The notes: generated by a model not told the origin, from the sequence alone. DNA of 64,000 bases from Vicinamibacterales bacterium (GCA_035575715.1 DATLXN010000029.1:14079-78078); one strand, 5' to 3'; positions 1-8,565 are shown, numbered from the stretch's first letter. Numbers and translations are program-made.

Positions 1-230
1 AACAGAATCGCGGCGTCGACCTCGATGCGCTGCACGGGCTGGAGGGTGACCTGGGTGGCAAGCTCGGGGGCCCGACACAGCTGCAAAAGTGTGTAGTTCT
101 GGCGCAACGCGCGGTATTCGGCCATGTAGCGGCCGGCTTGCCGCATGAACCAGACGGGCGTCTTGTCGACAGGTTGGCGCCGGCACGCGCGGAGAAACCG
201 GCTCTCGCGCACATCCGGCGCAGTCAGCAT
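1..230 (-). CDS. hemE: uroporphyrinogen decarboxylase, N-terminal fragment (gene runs off left edge)
   Basis: My own reverse translation from ATG (230-228): [76 protein letters not shown]. [16 protein letters not shown] and VTLQP are the conserved HemE N-terminus. Absent from the ORF track (no stop in window). Confidence 0.85.
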   Translation of the reverse strand, partial: MLTAPDVRESRFLRACRRQPVDKTPVWFMRQAGRYMAEYRALRQNYTLLQLCRAPELATQVTLQPVQRIEVDAAIL

Positions 231-273
231 GCATGCTATATTATCGAGTTTTGTTTCGATTCCGGAGGTCTAG

Positions 274-1050
274 GTGAGCCCGATCCTCGTGAGGCCGGTT
301 CGCGAGCAGTTCGAGCACGATCGCGTCATTCGAGTTCTGCAGACGCGTTATCAGCGGAAGTTCGAGGTCGCAATCAACCCTGGGGCGGAGCAAAACGCGT
401 CGGTCACGGTTGGCGAACTCCCCATGTACCCTGACCTGATCCTGTATAGCCAGGATCGCGGTCGTAAAGTACAGGCGACGATCGAGGTCGAAACCGTCGA
501 ATCGATCAATACCCTCGAGGCGATGGCCGAATGGGTGCAGTTCAGCAAACTGCGCGGCACGCCGTTCTACCTCTACGTCCCGCCCAACATGGTCGACACG
601 GTGCGGCGCTTGTGTACAGAGCACCAGGTGCCGTTTGCGGAAATCTGGACCTATCACACCGCGGTCGATCAGATCCGTTTCACGATGGTTTATCGCGGTC
701 CCGACGCGCCTCGGCAGTCTGCCGCGATGCGCGCGATGGAGAGCGACGAGCCGATGGTGCCGGCCATGAAGGCCAAGCCGCTCGCCGCCGCCCCCCTGAA
801 GGCCGACCACAAGCCGGCGGCCACTGTCATCGCCAAGCCAGGCCCAGTAAAGACGGCTGCACCGGCCAAGCCGGTCTCAAAGAAGCCGCTGGCAAAGAAG
901 CCGCTGGCGAAGAAGCCGCTGGCGAAGAAGCCCGCAGCCAAAAAGACGATTGTCAGGAAGAGCGCCACCAAGAAGGCGACCACCAAGGGCGCTCAGAAAA
1001 CCACGTCGAGTAAGACCAAGAAGTCCGCTCGGCCCGGCAAGCGCCGCTAG
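274..1050 (+). CDS. hypothetical protein: about 145-aa globular N-domain plus Lys/Ala/Pro-rich histone-H1-like C-terminal tail
   Basis: GTG start at 274 with GGAGG at 264-268 (5-nt spacer). Tail is ...KPVSKKPLAKKPLAKKPLAKKPAAKKTIVRKSATKKATTKG.... No family recognised for the N-domain. Confidence 0.8.
   Translation: MSPILVRPVREQFEHDRVIRVLQTRYQRKFEVAINPGAEQNASVTVGELPMYPDLILYSQDRGRKVQATIEVETVESINTLEAMAEWVQFSKLRGTPFYLYVPPNMVDTVRRLCTEHQVPFAEIWTYHTAVDQIRFTMVYRGPDAPRQSAAMRAMESDEPMVPAMKAKPLAAAPLKADHKPAATVIAKPGPVKTAAPAKPVSKKPLAKKPLAKKPLAKKPAAKKTIVRKSATKKATTKGAQKTTSSKTKKSARPGKRR
880..939 (+). repeat. 15-bp tandem repeat x4 (AAGAAGCCGCTGGCR) encoding KKPLA units inside the CDS
   Basis: Copies at 880-894, 895-909 and 910-924, plus a degenerate copy at 925-939, read directly. 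Confidence 0.9.
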
Positions 1051-1058
1051 GACCGCGC

Positions 1059-1748
1059 GTGCCGTTCCTGCGCATCGCTCGCGATCAGCGCGGGTACGAA
1101 ACGACCTTCCTGGTTCACTCCTTTCATCCGGGCGAACAGCCGCGCGTGCTGTACTGGTACCGGAGCGCGCCAGAAGTGAAGATTGGGCGCAAGGCGCTTG
1201 ACGAAGACGCCATCCGCGCGATCGAAGAGCAGCACCCCGACGTCGAATTCGATTGGCCGCAGATCCTCGAAGTGGGCGCCGCGATGGTTGCCGACTTCGA
1301 CGCCCGTAACGATCATGTCCCGCAGCGACGCGGCGCCGATCAGGAACGCGTGCGACGGAAGCCGGAGCGTCGTCGTGAGGCCGCCCCGCCTGCGCCCGCG
1401 GTTGACGAGGCTGCGTCAGGCACCGCGTCGGTCGCCCCCACACCGCCGCCTGTCGCGCCAGTCACCCCGGTCACGCCGCCCACGGCTCCGCGCACCGGCC
1501 CGGACAGCTTGAGCGAACTGGTCGGCCGCGAAATCGCGACCCGGCTCCGGTCGCGCTACGCGGAGCTTGCCGCTCGCATTGAGCACGAGGCGGATGACGC
1601 GGTGCGTTCGTCATGGCGCGCCCGTGCCGTCGCGATTGATCCTGATCGCTGGCTGACGCCGGAAGACATCCTGCGCGGCATCCAGCACGCCGACCCGCTC
1701 TTCGATGAGCTGCGTCGTGACGTTGCGATGCGCCCACCGGCTCGCTAG
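1059..1748 (+). CDS. hypothetical protein with central Pro-rich linker
   Basis: 229-aa ORF starting 8 nt after the previous stop (GTG). Coding-like GC3. No recognised motif. Confidence 0.65.
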   Translation: MPFLRIARDQRGYETTFLVHSFHPGEQPRVLYWYRSAPEVKIGRKALDEDAIRAIEEQHPDVEFDWPQILEVGAAMVADFDARNDHVPQRRGADQERVRRKPERRREAAPPAPAVDEAASGTASVAPTPPPVAPVTPVTPPTAPRTGPDSLSELVGREIATRLRSRYAELAARIEHEADDAVRSSWRARAVAIDPDRWLTPEDILRGIQHADPLFDELRRDVAMRPPAR

Positions 1749-1796
1749 CGCTCTGCACTAGACTGGGGTCTCCCCCAATTGAAGGAGTTGGTTGTC

Positions 1797-3578
1797 ATGA
1801 AATTATGGGTGGCAGCCTTCGTGGCGGCAGTCTGTGCATTGCCGATGAACGCGCAGGCGCAAATCAAATCGGAAGTCGTCGCAAGTGGACTGTCGAAACC
1901 GCTCGGATTTATTCCAGACCCGGCGTTTGCGAACGTCCATTACATCGTTCAACAAGCCGGTCTGGTGCGTGTCCTGCGCGATGGGCAACTGCAATCGGCA
2001 CCGTTTATCGACCTGACCGGGATCGCTCGCCTGAGTGGCGGGGAGCAAGGTCTATTGGGGATGGCCTTTGCCCCCGACGTCGCCAGTGGCCGCGTGTTTT
2101 TTCATTACACCGACGTCAACGGCGACCACGTGGTGTCACGCTATCGCCGGTCGGCGGGCTCGCCGCTGCGGCTCGATCCGTCCACCCGCTTCGATATCCG
2201 TTGGCCAACCGGTGGGCGGGTGCTGTCACAGCCGTTCTCGAACCACAACGGCGGCCACCTGATCTTCGGCCCGGATGGGTACCTGTACATCGGTCTCGGC
2301 GATGGCGGGAGCGGTAATGACCCGACCAACAAGGCCCAGGATCCCACGTCGCTGTTGGGAAAGATGCTGCGGCTCGATGTCAATGTCGCGGACGGCGATG
2401 ACGTCGGGTACCGCGTGCCTGCGGATAACCCTTTCGTGGACGGGCAACCGATCGTCGCGATGCCGGAGATCTGGGCGGTCGGGTTCCGAAACCCCTGGCG
2501 CTATACCTTCGACGACCTCGGCCCTGATGCGACCGGGGCACTGATCATCGCGGACGTTGGCCAAGGGCAGCGCGAAGAAATCAATTACGAGCCGCGCAAC
2601 GCCGGCGGGCGGAATTACGGATGGCGCATCCGCGAAGGTCGCATTGCGACACCTAATGTTCCGCCGACGTCGCCGGCCTTCGGCCCGCTGGTCGACCCGA
2701 TTTTCGATTACTCGCATACCGACGGACGATCGATCACTGGAGGCTACATCTACCGAGGAACGGGCCTTGGCGCGAGTTATCGCGGGCGCTATTTCTACGC
2801 CGACTTTGTCAGGGCGCGCGTCTGGTCCCTAGGACTGGCGGTCAGCGCCTCAGGCGAAGCGACTGCAACCGACGTGATCGAACACACCACCGAGTTGGGT
2901 TCCGGAATCACGGGAGGCATTGCGTCGTTTGGTCGCGACTTGTCGGGCGAGTTGTACGTCGTGACCTTCGCCGGACGCGTCGTGAAAATCGTCGCCGACG
3001 CCGGTCCGGCGCCCTCAGCGCCCCAGGATGTGCGTGCCGTTGTCTCAGGTTCGACGGTGACGGTCTCGTGGACCGCGCCCGCTGCGGGCGCGGTGCCGTC
3101 ATCGTACCGCCTCGAAGCAGGCTCGGTGTCGGGCGCATCAGATCTCGGGATCGTGAGCACCGCCGGCCCCGAGACCTCGCTGACGTTTCCCGGAATTCCC
3201 GCCGGCACCTATTTCGTGCGAGTTCGTAGTATCACCGGCGGCGGCGCCAGCGTGGCGTCGAACGAGGTCACGATTGTTGTGGGTGGTGGCGGCTGCGGCG
3301 CCGCTCCGCCTGCGCCAACAGACTTCGCCTCGACGGTCAATGGCCGAGAGGTGACGCTCACCTGGCAGGTCTCATCGACGGCGAGTGGACCCACGAGTTT
3401 TAGTATCGAAGCGGGCAGTGCGAGTGGCGCGGCCAACCTGGCGATGATCAGTATCGATGGCGGCCTGCGGTCGCTCTCGGTGTCGGCGCTGCCTGGTCGG
3501 TACTTTGTCCGCATCCGTGGCCACAACGACTGTGGCACGAGCGGCGCCTCGAACGAGGTCACCGTCACGGTGTTTTAG
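1797..3578 (+). CDS. PQQ-dependent sugar (glucose/sorbosone) dehydrogenase with two C-terminal fibronectin type III-like domains, secreted
   Basis: ATG at 1797 preceded by GAAGGAG (1781-1787). Signal peptide MKLWVAAFVAAVCALPMNAQA. Motifs HNGGHLIFGPDGYLYIGLGDGG and FRNPWRYTFD. Two about 90-aa repeats (PSAPQDVRAVVSGSTVTVSWTAP..., PPAPTDFASTVNGREVTLTWQ...). Confidence 0.85.
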   Translation: MKLWVAAFVAAVCALPMNAQAQIKSEVVASGLSKPLGFIPDPAFANVHYIVQQAGLVRVLRDGQLQSAPFIDLTGIARLSGGEQGLLGMAFAPDVASGRVFFHYTDVNGDHVVSRYRRSAGSPLRLDPSTRFDIRWPTGGRVLSQPFSNHNGGHLIFGPDGYLYIGLGDGGSGNDPTNKAQDPTSLLGKMLRLDVNVADGDDVGYRVPADNPFVDGQPIVAMPEIWAVGFRNPWRYTFDDLGPDATGALIIADVGQGQREEINYEPRNAGGRNYGWRIREGRIATPNVPPTSPAFGPLVDPIFDYSHTDGRSITGGYIYRGTGLGASYRGRYFYADFVRARVWSLGLAVSASGEATATDVIEHTTELGSGITGGIASFGRDLSGELYVVTFAGRVVKIVADAGPAPSAPQDVRAVVSGSTVTVSWTAPAAGAVPSSYRLEAGSVSGASDLGIVSTAGPETSLTFPGIPAGTYFVRVRSITGGGASVASNEVTIVVGGGGCGAAPPAPTDFASTVNGREVTLTWQVSSTASGPTSFSIEAGSASGAANLAMISIDGGLRSLSVSALPGRYFVRIRGHNDCGTSGASNEVTVTVF

Positions 3579-4395
3579 GTGTCTCCAGCCTGATCGCGCG
3601 GGCTGCGGCTCGCGCGATCAGCACGCTGGCAATCACCGTCGTCACTAAACCGACCGCGATCAGCACCCAGTAGATTGGTCCGCGTGGCGCTGTGGCGCCC
3701 CTCGCCAGCGCCGCCACATCGCCGGCGACCTTGCCCGCGTAAACGTACATCGTGATCGCCGGCGCCATGCCGATCAGCGCAAGGGCATAGTCCCGTGTGC
3801 GCACGCGAGTGATCCCGAGGATGTAATTGAGCAGGATATAGGGGACGGCGGGGGACAACCGCAACAGGAACATCAGCCGCACGCCCTCGGACTCCACCGC
3901 GCGGTCGACGGCGGCGAGACGCGGGTGTCGCGCGACGTACGACTCGACAAAGCGCCGCACGGCATAGCGCGCCGTCCAGAACGCCAGCATCGCGCCGAGT
4001 GACGCGCCGAGCATCGCGTAGATGACCCCGTAGGCCACACCCCACAGAGCGCCGGCGGCGATGGTCAACCAGACGCCGGGGATCAACAGCACAGCGGCGA
4101 TGCCGTAGCCGCCGATGAAGGCGGCGGGGCCCCACACGCCCAGCGATTGCACCCAGGCGGCGTAGGCGGGCAGGCGCGCGGCCGCCTCACGCCCAAACAA
4201 CAGCAAGGCGATCAGCCCACAGATCGCGATCGCAGCTTTAGCCAGGCTGCTTACTCGCGTGCGAACTTGGACTCGATGGCGTCGACTTTTGCCAGCCGGC
4301 GCAGGTGGCGTTCTTCTGCCGAAAACGTCGCGCCAAGGAAGGCCTCGACGAGCACGCGCGCCAACGCCGGGCCGACCACCCGGGCGCCAAGACAC
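3565..4395 (-). CDS. TVP38/TMEM64 (DedA-related) family membrane protein; start uncertain
   Basis: Motif VRLMFLLRLSPAVPYILLNYILGITRV. The only start codon upstream of the first TM helix is GTG at 4395, which overlaps the rpiB 3' end by 145 nt in another frame. Confidence 0.7.
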   Translation of the reverse strand: MSWRPGGRPGVGARARRGLPWRDVFGRRTPPAPAGKSRRHRVQVRTRVSSLAKAAIAICGLIALLLFGREAAARLPAYAAWVQSLGVWGPAAFIGGYGIAAVLLIPGVWLTIAAGALWGVAYGVIYAMLGASLGAMLAFWTARYAVRRFVESYVARHPRLAAVDRAVESEGVRLMFLLRLSPAVPYILLNYILGITRVRTRDYALALIGMAPAITMYVYAGKVAGDVAALARGATAPRGPIYWVLIAVGLVTTVIASVLIARAAARAIRLETPKTP

Positions 4396-4706
4396 ATCAC
4401 ATTGATGTCGTCATGTTCGACGGCCTGGCGCGCGGAATAGGTGTCGTGGCAGACGGTGGCACGGACGCCTGGGAATTTGCTCGCCGCGACCGCCACTCCC
4501 GCGCCGCTGCCGCAGACGATGACGCCGCGATCGACCTGGCCATTGCGAATCGCAGTGGCGACGGCTTCGGCGATGTCCGGATAATCGACCGCGGCACTCG
4601 AATGGGTACCCAGATCGAGAATCTCATGGCCCTGTTGCGCCAACACGCCTGCCAAATCGCGTTTCATCTCAAAGCCTGCATGATCGGCACCGACAGCGAC
4701 CCTCAT
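4251..4706 (-). CDS. rpiB: ribose-5-phosphate isomerase B
   Basis: MRVAVGADHAGFEMKRDL...VIVCGSGAGVAVAASKFPGVRA matches the RpiB/LacAB family. Internal ATG at 4706 chosen so the gene does not overlap the upstream gene (stop at 4720). Confidence 0.9.
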   Translation of the reverse strand: MRVAVGADHAGFEMKRDLAGVLAQQGHEILDLGTHSSAAVDYPDIAEAVATAIRNGQVDRGVIVCGSGAGVAVAASKFPGVRATVCHDTYSARQAVEHDDINVMCLGARVVGPALARVLVEAFLGATFSAEERHLRRLAKVDAIESKFARE

Positions 4707-4719
4707 CGCCTCATCATAA

Positions 4720-6708
4720 CTAAGGTGTGGCCTTCCACCGGGCACTAACCCTCGCGATTTCACCACCCGGCGCCCACGTCACCAGAACTTTGGCGCCGTT
4801 CGGGCCACTCTTGTGACGCACCTGGTCGGTGGCGCGGATGCTCGCCGACATCCCTCTGGTCAACTTCACCGGGGTGCCGTTGATCACCTGATCGATCTCG
4901 CCGTCGAGCACATAGAACGTTTCGGTGACGGCATGACGATGCTCGCCGGAATCACTGTTGGCGGGGAAGGTCAGTTCGACAATTTCCACTTCGCTGCCAC
5001 GGACATCGGTCTGGTCGACTAAGACCCGCATCGAGACGCCGCTCGGGCTGACCAACGTGCGCGCGGTCGATGTCGCCGGTGCGCGATACGACGGTCCGTA
5101 GAGCACACGCCCCGGCCGCGCGGCGGTCATCGCGCCATTCTCGAAGGCCACTTGGCCATTGACAATCACATGCGTGACGCCTTCCGCGTAGCTATGCGGT
5201 TTCTCGAAGGTCGCCGTATCGCGGACGCGCGCGGCATCGAAGACCGCGATGTCGGCCTTCATCCCGGTGCGCAGCACGCCGCGATCGCTGAGACCGAGCC
5301 GCTGCGCCGGCAGCGAGGACATCTTCTGCACTGCTGTCTCCAGCGAGATCAGCTGTTTGTCGCGCGCATACACGCCGAGGACGCGGGCGAAGGTGCCGTA
5401 GCTACGCGGGTGCGGATGATTGCGGCCAAACACCGGAATCTCCCCATCCGACCCGATCATGGTCGCCGGGTGCACCATGATGCGCTGCAGATCCTCTTCG
5501 TTGATCGCGTGGAAAATTCCTTGCGCGCCGCCTTGTTCAACGATCCACAGCGCGGCCTCGGCCGCGTTCTCGAGGGTCACTGGTTGTCCGCGTTTCTTTG
5601 ACGTGATCTCGGCGAGATTCATACCCGCCAAAGTCGGGTCGAACTGCGCACTGGACACCACCACGTTCTTCGGATCACCGCCGCCGCGCTCATCACGAAT
5701 GATCGCGACGGTCTCGCCTTTGATCTTGGCGCGTGTCGCCGGGTCCTTCAGTCGCTTCAGCGTCGCCTCGTTGCCGCCTTCAAGCGCCCACGCCGGCAGC
5801 AGCGCCGATCCGATGCTGGTCGCCGACGCCGTGTAGGGATACTGATCGATCGTCGCGTCGACGCCGCGCGCCCGCGCTTGGTCGACCAGCCGCAACGTCT
5901 CGACCGATCGCCCCCAGTATTTCTTGCCGACGACCTTGTGATGGGTCAGCTGGGTCGGCAGGCCCCCTTGTTCGCCAATCGCAATCGTTTCGCGAACACT
6001 GTCGACGACCTTCGACGCTTCGTCGCGCATATGTGAGATGTAAATGCCTCCCATCGCGCCAGCGACTTTCGCCAGTTCCACCACTTCCGCGGTCGTGGAG
6101 AACGTGCCGGGCACGTAGAACAACCCGGAACTCAAACCAAACGCGCCCTGTTCCATTCCTTGCCGGACCAGGCCGCCCATCCGCTCGACTTCCTCCGGAG
6201 TGGCCACTCGATCGACGGCGCCCATCACGGCACTGCGCACCGAACCCTGACCGATGAAGCTGGCGAAGTTGGGTGTAAACCGCGTCGCCGCCACGGTCGC
6301 GAGAAAGGGCCCGAGCGGGACGTCGGACCCGCCGTCTGGGCCTTCGACCAGCGTGGTGACGCCTTGGCGGACATAGTTGTCAGCCGTCGGCACTTCAAAA
6401 ATGCCGCGTCGCGCATGGGTGTGGATGTCGATGAAGCCCGGCGCGACCACCATCCCGCTGACGTCGATGACCCGCCCGGCGGGCGCCTCGATGCGCGGGG
6501 CGATCTGGACGATGGTGTCGCCGACGATGGCAATGTCACCGCGATACCACGGGCTCGCCGTGCCATCGACAATCCTCCCCCCGCGAAGGATGAGGTCATA
6601 GGCGCGCGGGGCTGCGCTCTGCGCCTGGGCATCGATAGGGTTGCCGCCGCTGGTGAGAGCGAGGGCCAGAAATGCGATCACGGCTGAAACTCGAAGATAG
6701 GAGCTCAT
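4720..6708 (-). CDS. N-acyl-D-amino-acid deacylase (D-aminoacylase, amidohydrolase superfamily) fused to a C-terminal cupin domain, secreted
   Basis: Signal peptide. DLILRGGRIVDG...VAPGFIDIHTHA, YISHMRDE and HHKVVGKKYWG...DQYPYTASATS. C-terminus GEHRHAVTETFYVLDGEIDQVINGTPVKL is cupin_2-like. Confidence 0.85.
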   Translation of the reverse strand: MSSYLRVSAVIAFLALALTSGGNPIDAQAQSAAPRAYDLILRGGRIVDGTASPWYRGDIAIVGDTIVQIAPRIEAPAGRVIDVSGMVVAPGFIDIHTHARRGIFEVPTADNYVRQGVTTLVEGPDGGSDVPLGPFLATVAATRFTPNFASFIGQGSVRSAVMGAVDRVATPEEVERMGGLVRQGMEQGAFGLSSGLFYVPGTFSTTAEVVELAKVAGAMGGIYISHMRDEASKVVDSVRETIAIGEQGGLPTQLTHHKVVGKKYWGRSVETLRLVDQARARGVDATIDQYPYTASATSIGSALLPAWALEGGNEATLKRLKDPATRAKIKGETVAIIRDERGGGDPKNVVVSSAQFDPTLAGMNLAEITSKKRGQPVTLENAAEAALWIVEQGGAQGIFHAINEEDLQRIMVHPATMIGSDGEIPVFGRNHPHPRSYGTFARVLGVYARDKQLISLETAVQKMSSLPAQRLGLSDRGVLRTGMKADIAVFDAARVRDTATFEKPHSYAEGVTHVIVNGQVAFENGAMTAARPGRVLYGPSYRAPATSTARTLVSPSGVSMRVLVDQTDVRGSEVEIVELTFPANSDSGEHRHAVTETFYVLDGEIDQVINGTPVKLTRGMSASIRATDQVRHKSGPNGAKVLVTWAPGGEIARVSARWKATP

Positions 6709-6739
6709 GGCGGGCGACTATACCTTGGGTGGCGGCCGA

Positions 6740-7055
6740 CGACACCTGGGGACGGATACCTTGGGGGCGGAGTGGATACCTTGGGGACGGAGGTCGGGCA
6801 CAGATCACGGCGTGGGGACGGAGGTCGCCCCTTGGCCCGGGGGCGGGGACGGAGGTCGCCGTTCGCCGTGGGACGGGGACGGAGGTCGGGTCCAGATCCG
6901 CGCCATTTCCCTGGGACGGGGACGGAGGTCGCCCTTCGCTGTGAGGCGGGGACGGAGGTCGGCCTAGGAGGTCGGCCCACTGGCCCGGGGCGGGGACGGA
7001 GGTCGACAACCCGGAGGTCGACAACCCGGAGGCCGACAACCCGGAGGCTGACGAC
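6740..7055 (+). repeat. intergenic array of GGGGACGGAGGTCG motifs followed by a 15-bp tandem repeat
   Basis: Exact 14-mers start at 6783, 6814, 6845, 6875, 6918, 6948 and 6992 (spacing 30-31 or 43-44 bp). Degenerate copies at about 6746-6780. ACAACCCGGAGGYYG x3.5 at 7006-7059. Confidence 0.9.
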
Positions 7056-7089
7056 CGGATCGCCGGGTCGCCCGTCTTATAATGTTGCT

Positions 7090-8364
7090 ATGCAATACAA
7101 GCGATCCCGTCTCTGGATGGGCCTGGCGTTAGCCCTGACCGCCGGCGTTAGTGTGGGTGCGCAAGCGCCCGCTGGACAGGCCGCGCCACCCGGGGTGCCC
7201 GCCGTCCAGGCGCCGCGCCAGCCCGACTTCCGCAGCGCGGTCGATTACGTGACGATGGACGCCATCGTCCGCAACGGCAAAGACCAGTTTGTCGCCGACC
7301 TCACCCGTGATGACTTCGAAGTGTTCGAGGACGGCGTCAAGCAGGACGTCTCGTCCTTTACGCTGGTCCACGGCGGGCGCGTGCATAACCTGATGGCCGC
7401 GCCGCCTCCGCCGGCCCAGGAGGGGATCATCCTGCCGCCGTCGCGCCCGCGCAACGATGCGGCCGGCCGCATCTTTTTGATCATCGTCGACGACCTGCAT
7501 CTCGATTTCCGCAACACCGGGCGGATCCGCGACCTGTTCAAGCGCATCTCGCGCACGCTGATCCACGAAGGCGATATGTTCGGGATCGTCTCGACCGGCC
7601 CATCGTCATTAGCCATCGACTTGACCTACGACCGCAAGATTCTGGACGACGCGATCAAGAAGATCACCGGCAATGGCCTGAAGCCGTCCGACGTGATTCA
7701 AGGCGCCGAGGGCGCTGAGGGCCCGTCAGAAGTGCGCTACCGCGCCCACGTCGCGTTTTCAACCGCGACCGACATTGTTCGGCAACTCGAGAAGGTCACC
7801 AATCGCCGCAAGGCGGTGGTCTGGGTGAGCAACGGCTTTGACTTCAATCCGTTTGCTGAATCCCGGCTCGGTGAAGACCCGGTGTTCGGCGGCCGCTTTG
7901 GCCAGAGTCGAGAAGAAGGCCGCGAGCAGCGTGATCAGTTCAATCGCGGTCAAACGTTTGCGGATGCCGACCTCGCCCGCGAGCTCGGCGAGCTGACCCG
8001 ATCAGCCAATCGCGCCAACGCGACGATTTACACCATTGACCCGCGCGGGCTGGTGGCCGGCGCCGACCTCGACGAGCAGCTCGATCCGATGGAGTTTGGC
8101 GAGCATGTCCGAAAGACGCAAGACAGTTTGCGCGTTTTAGCCGACGAAACTGGCGGGATTGCCGTCGTCAACCAGAACGATTTCGATAAGGCCTTGAAGC
8201 GGATTGATGCGGAGACCAGCGATTACTACGTGCTGGGTTATTCATCGACCAATCCCGACCCGCTGAAGCGGACGCGCAAGATCGAAGTGAAGGTCAAGCG
8301 TCCAGAGATGCGCGTCATCTCACGCACGTCGTATTCGCTGAAGCCAGCGGTGCAGAGCAAGTAG
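7090..8364 (+). CDS. VWA domain-containing protein (acidobacterial VWFA-related, TIGR03436-like)
   Basis: ATG at 7090 gives signal peptide MQYKRSRLWMGLALALTAGVSVGAQA. FRSAVDYVTMDAIVRNGKDQFVADLTRDDFEVFEDGVKQ is the typical family N-terminus. The 530-aa track ORF upstream only translates the repeat array. Confidence 0.85.
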   Translation: MQYKRSRLWMGLALALTAGVSVGAQAPAGQAAPPGVPAVQAPRQPDFRSAVDYVTMDAIVRNGKDQFVADLTRDDFEVFEDGVKQDVSSFTLVHGGRVHNLMAAPPPPAQEGIILPPSRPRNDAAGRIFLIIVDDLHLDFRNTGRIRDLFKRISRTLIHEGDMFGIVSTGPSSLAIDLTYDRKILDDAIKKITGNGLKPSDVIQGAEGAEGPSEVRYRAHVAFSTATDIVRQLEKVTNRRKAVVWVSNGFDFNPFAESRLGEDPVFGGRFGQSREEGREQRDQFNRGQTFADADLARELGELTRSANRANATIYTIDPRGLVAGADLDEQLDPMEFGEHVRKTQDSLRVLADETGGIAVVNQNDFDKALKRIDAETSDYYVLGYSSTNPDPLKRTRKIEVKVKRPEMRVISRTSYSLKPAVQSK

Positions 8365-8367
8365 TCG

Positions 8368-8565
8368 TTACGCGAGGCGCGCCGGGGCTTGGACCGTCGG
8401 TGGCCGGTCGCGCCGCGCTGCGGCGATCGTCTCCTGAATCCGTTCGCGCAGCCAGTCGACCGGCTGTGGCTGCAGCGTGACGAATTCTTTCCATTCGTCA
8501 TGGTTGAGAACGACGGAGATCACGTGTTCGCGATGGTCGTACATGGTGCCGACGATCCTAGTCAC
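8368..8565 (-). CDS. small hypothetical protein (65 aa; possibly starts at ATG 8544)
   Basis: ORF with high GC3 in an otherwise empty 250-bp gap. No motif recognised. Confidence 0.4.
   Translation of the reverse strand: MTRIVGTMYDHREHVISVVLNHDEWKEFVTLQPQPVDWLRERIQETIAAARRDRPPTVQAPARLA

Noticed and set aside
3565-3578. Convergent 3' overlaps (3565-3578, 21777-21809, 35898-35950) as possible antisense regulation
   Set aside because: Short convergent overlaps are common in compact high-GC genomes, and nothing else in the sequence supports a regulatory role.
6740-7055. Possible CRISPR array (regularly spaced repeats)
   Set aside because: The repeat is only 14 nt, the spacers are 16-30 nt and themselves partly repetitive, the period is irregular (30/31/43/44), no cas genes are nearby, and the same motif occurs inside a coding gene. 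Treated as a dispersed or tandem repeat instead.
6772-7089. Long N-terminal extension of the VWA ORF (530-aa track ORF) and the other 86-147 aa ORFs across 6596-7039
   Set aside because: They merely translate the repeat array (GTEVG/GDGGRP periodicity) in several frames and on both strands. A clean signal peptide begins at ATG 7090.
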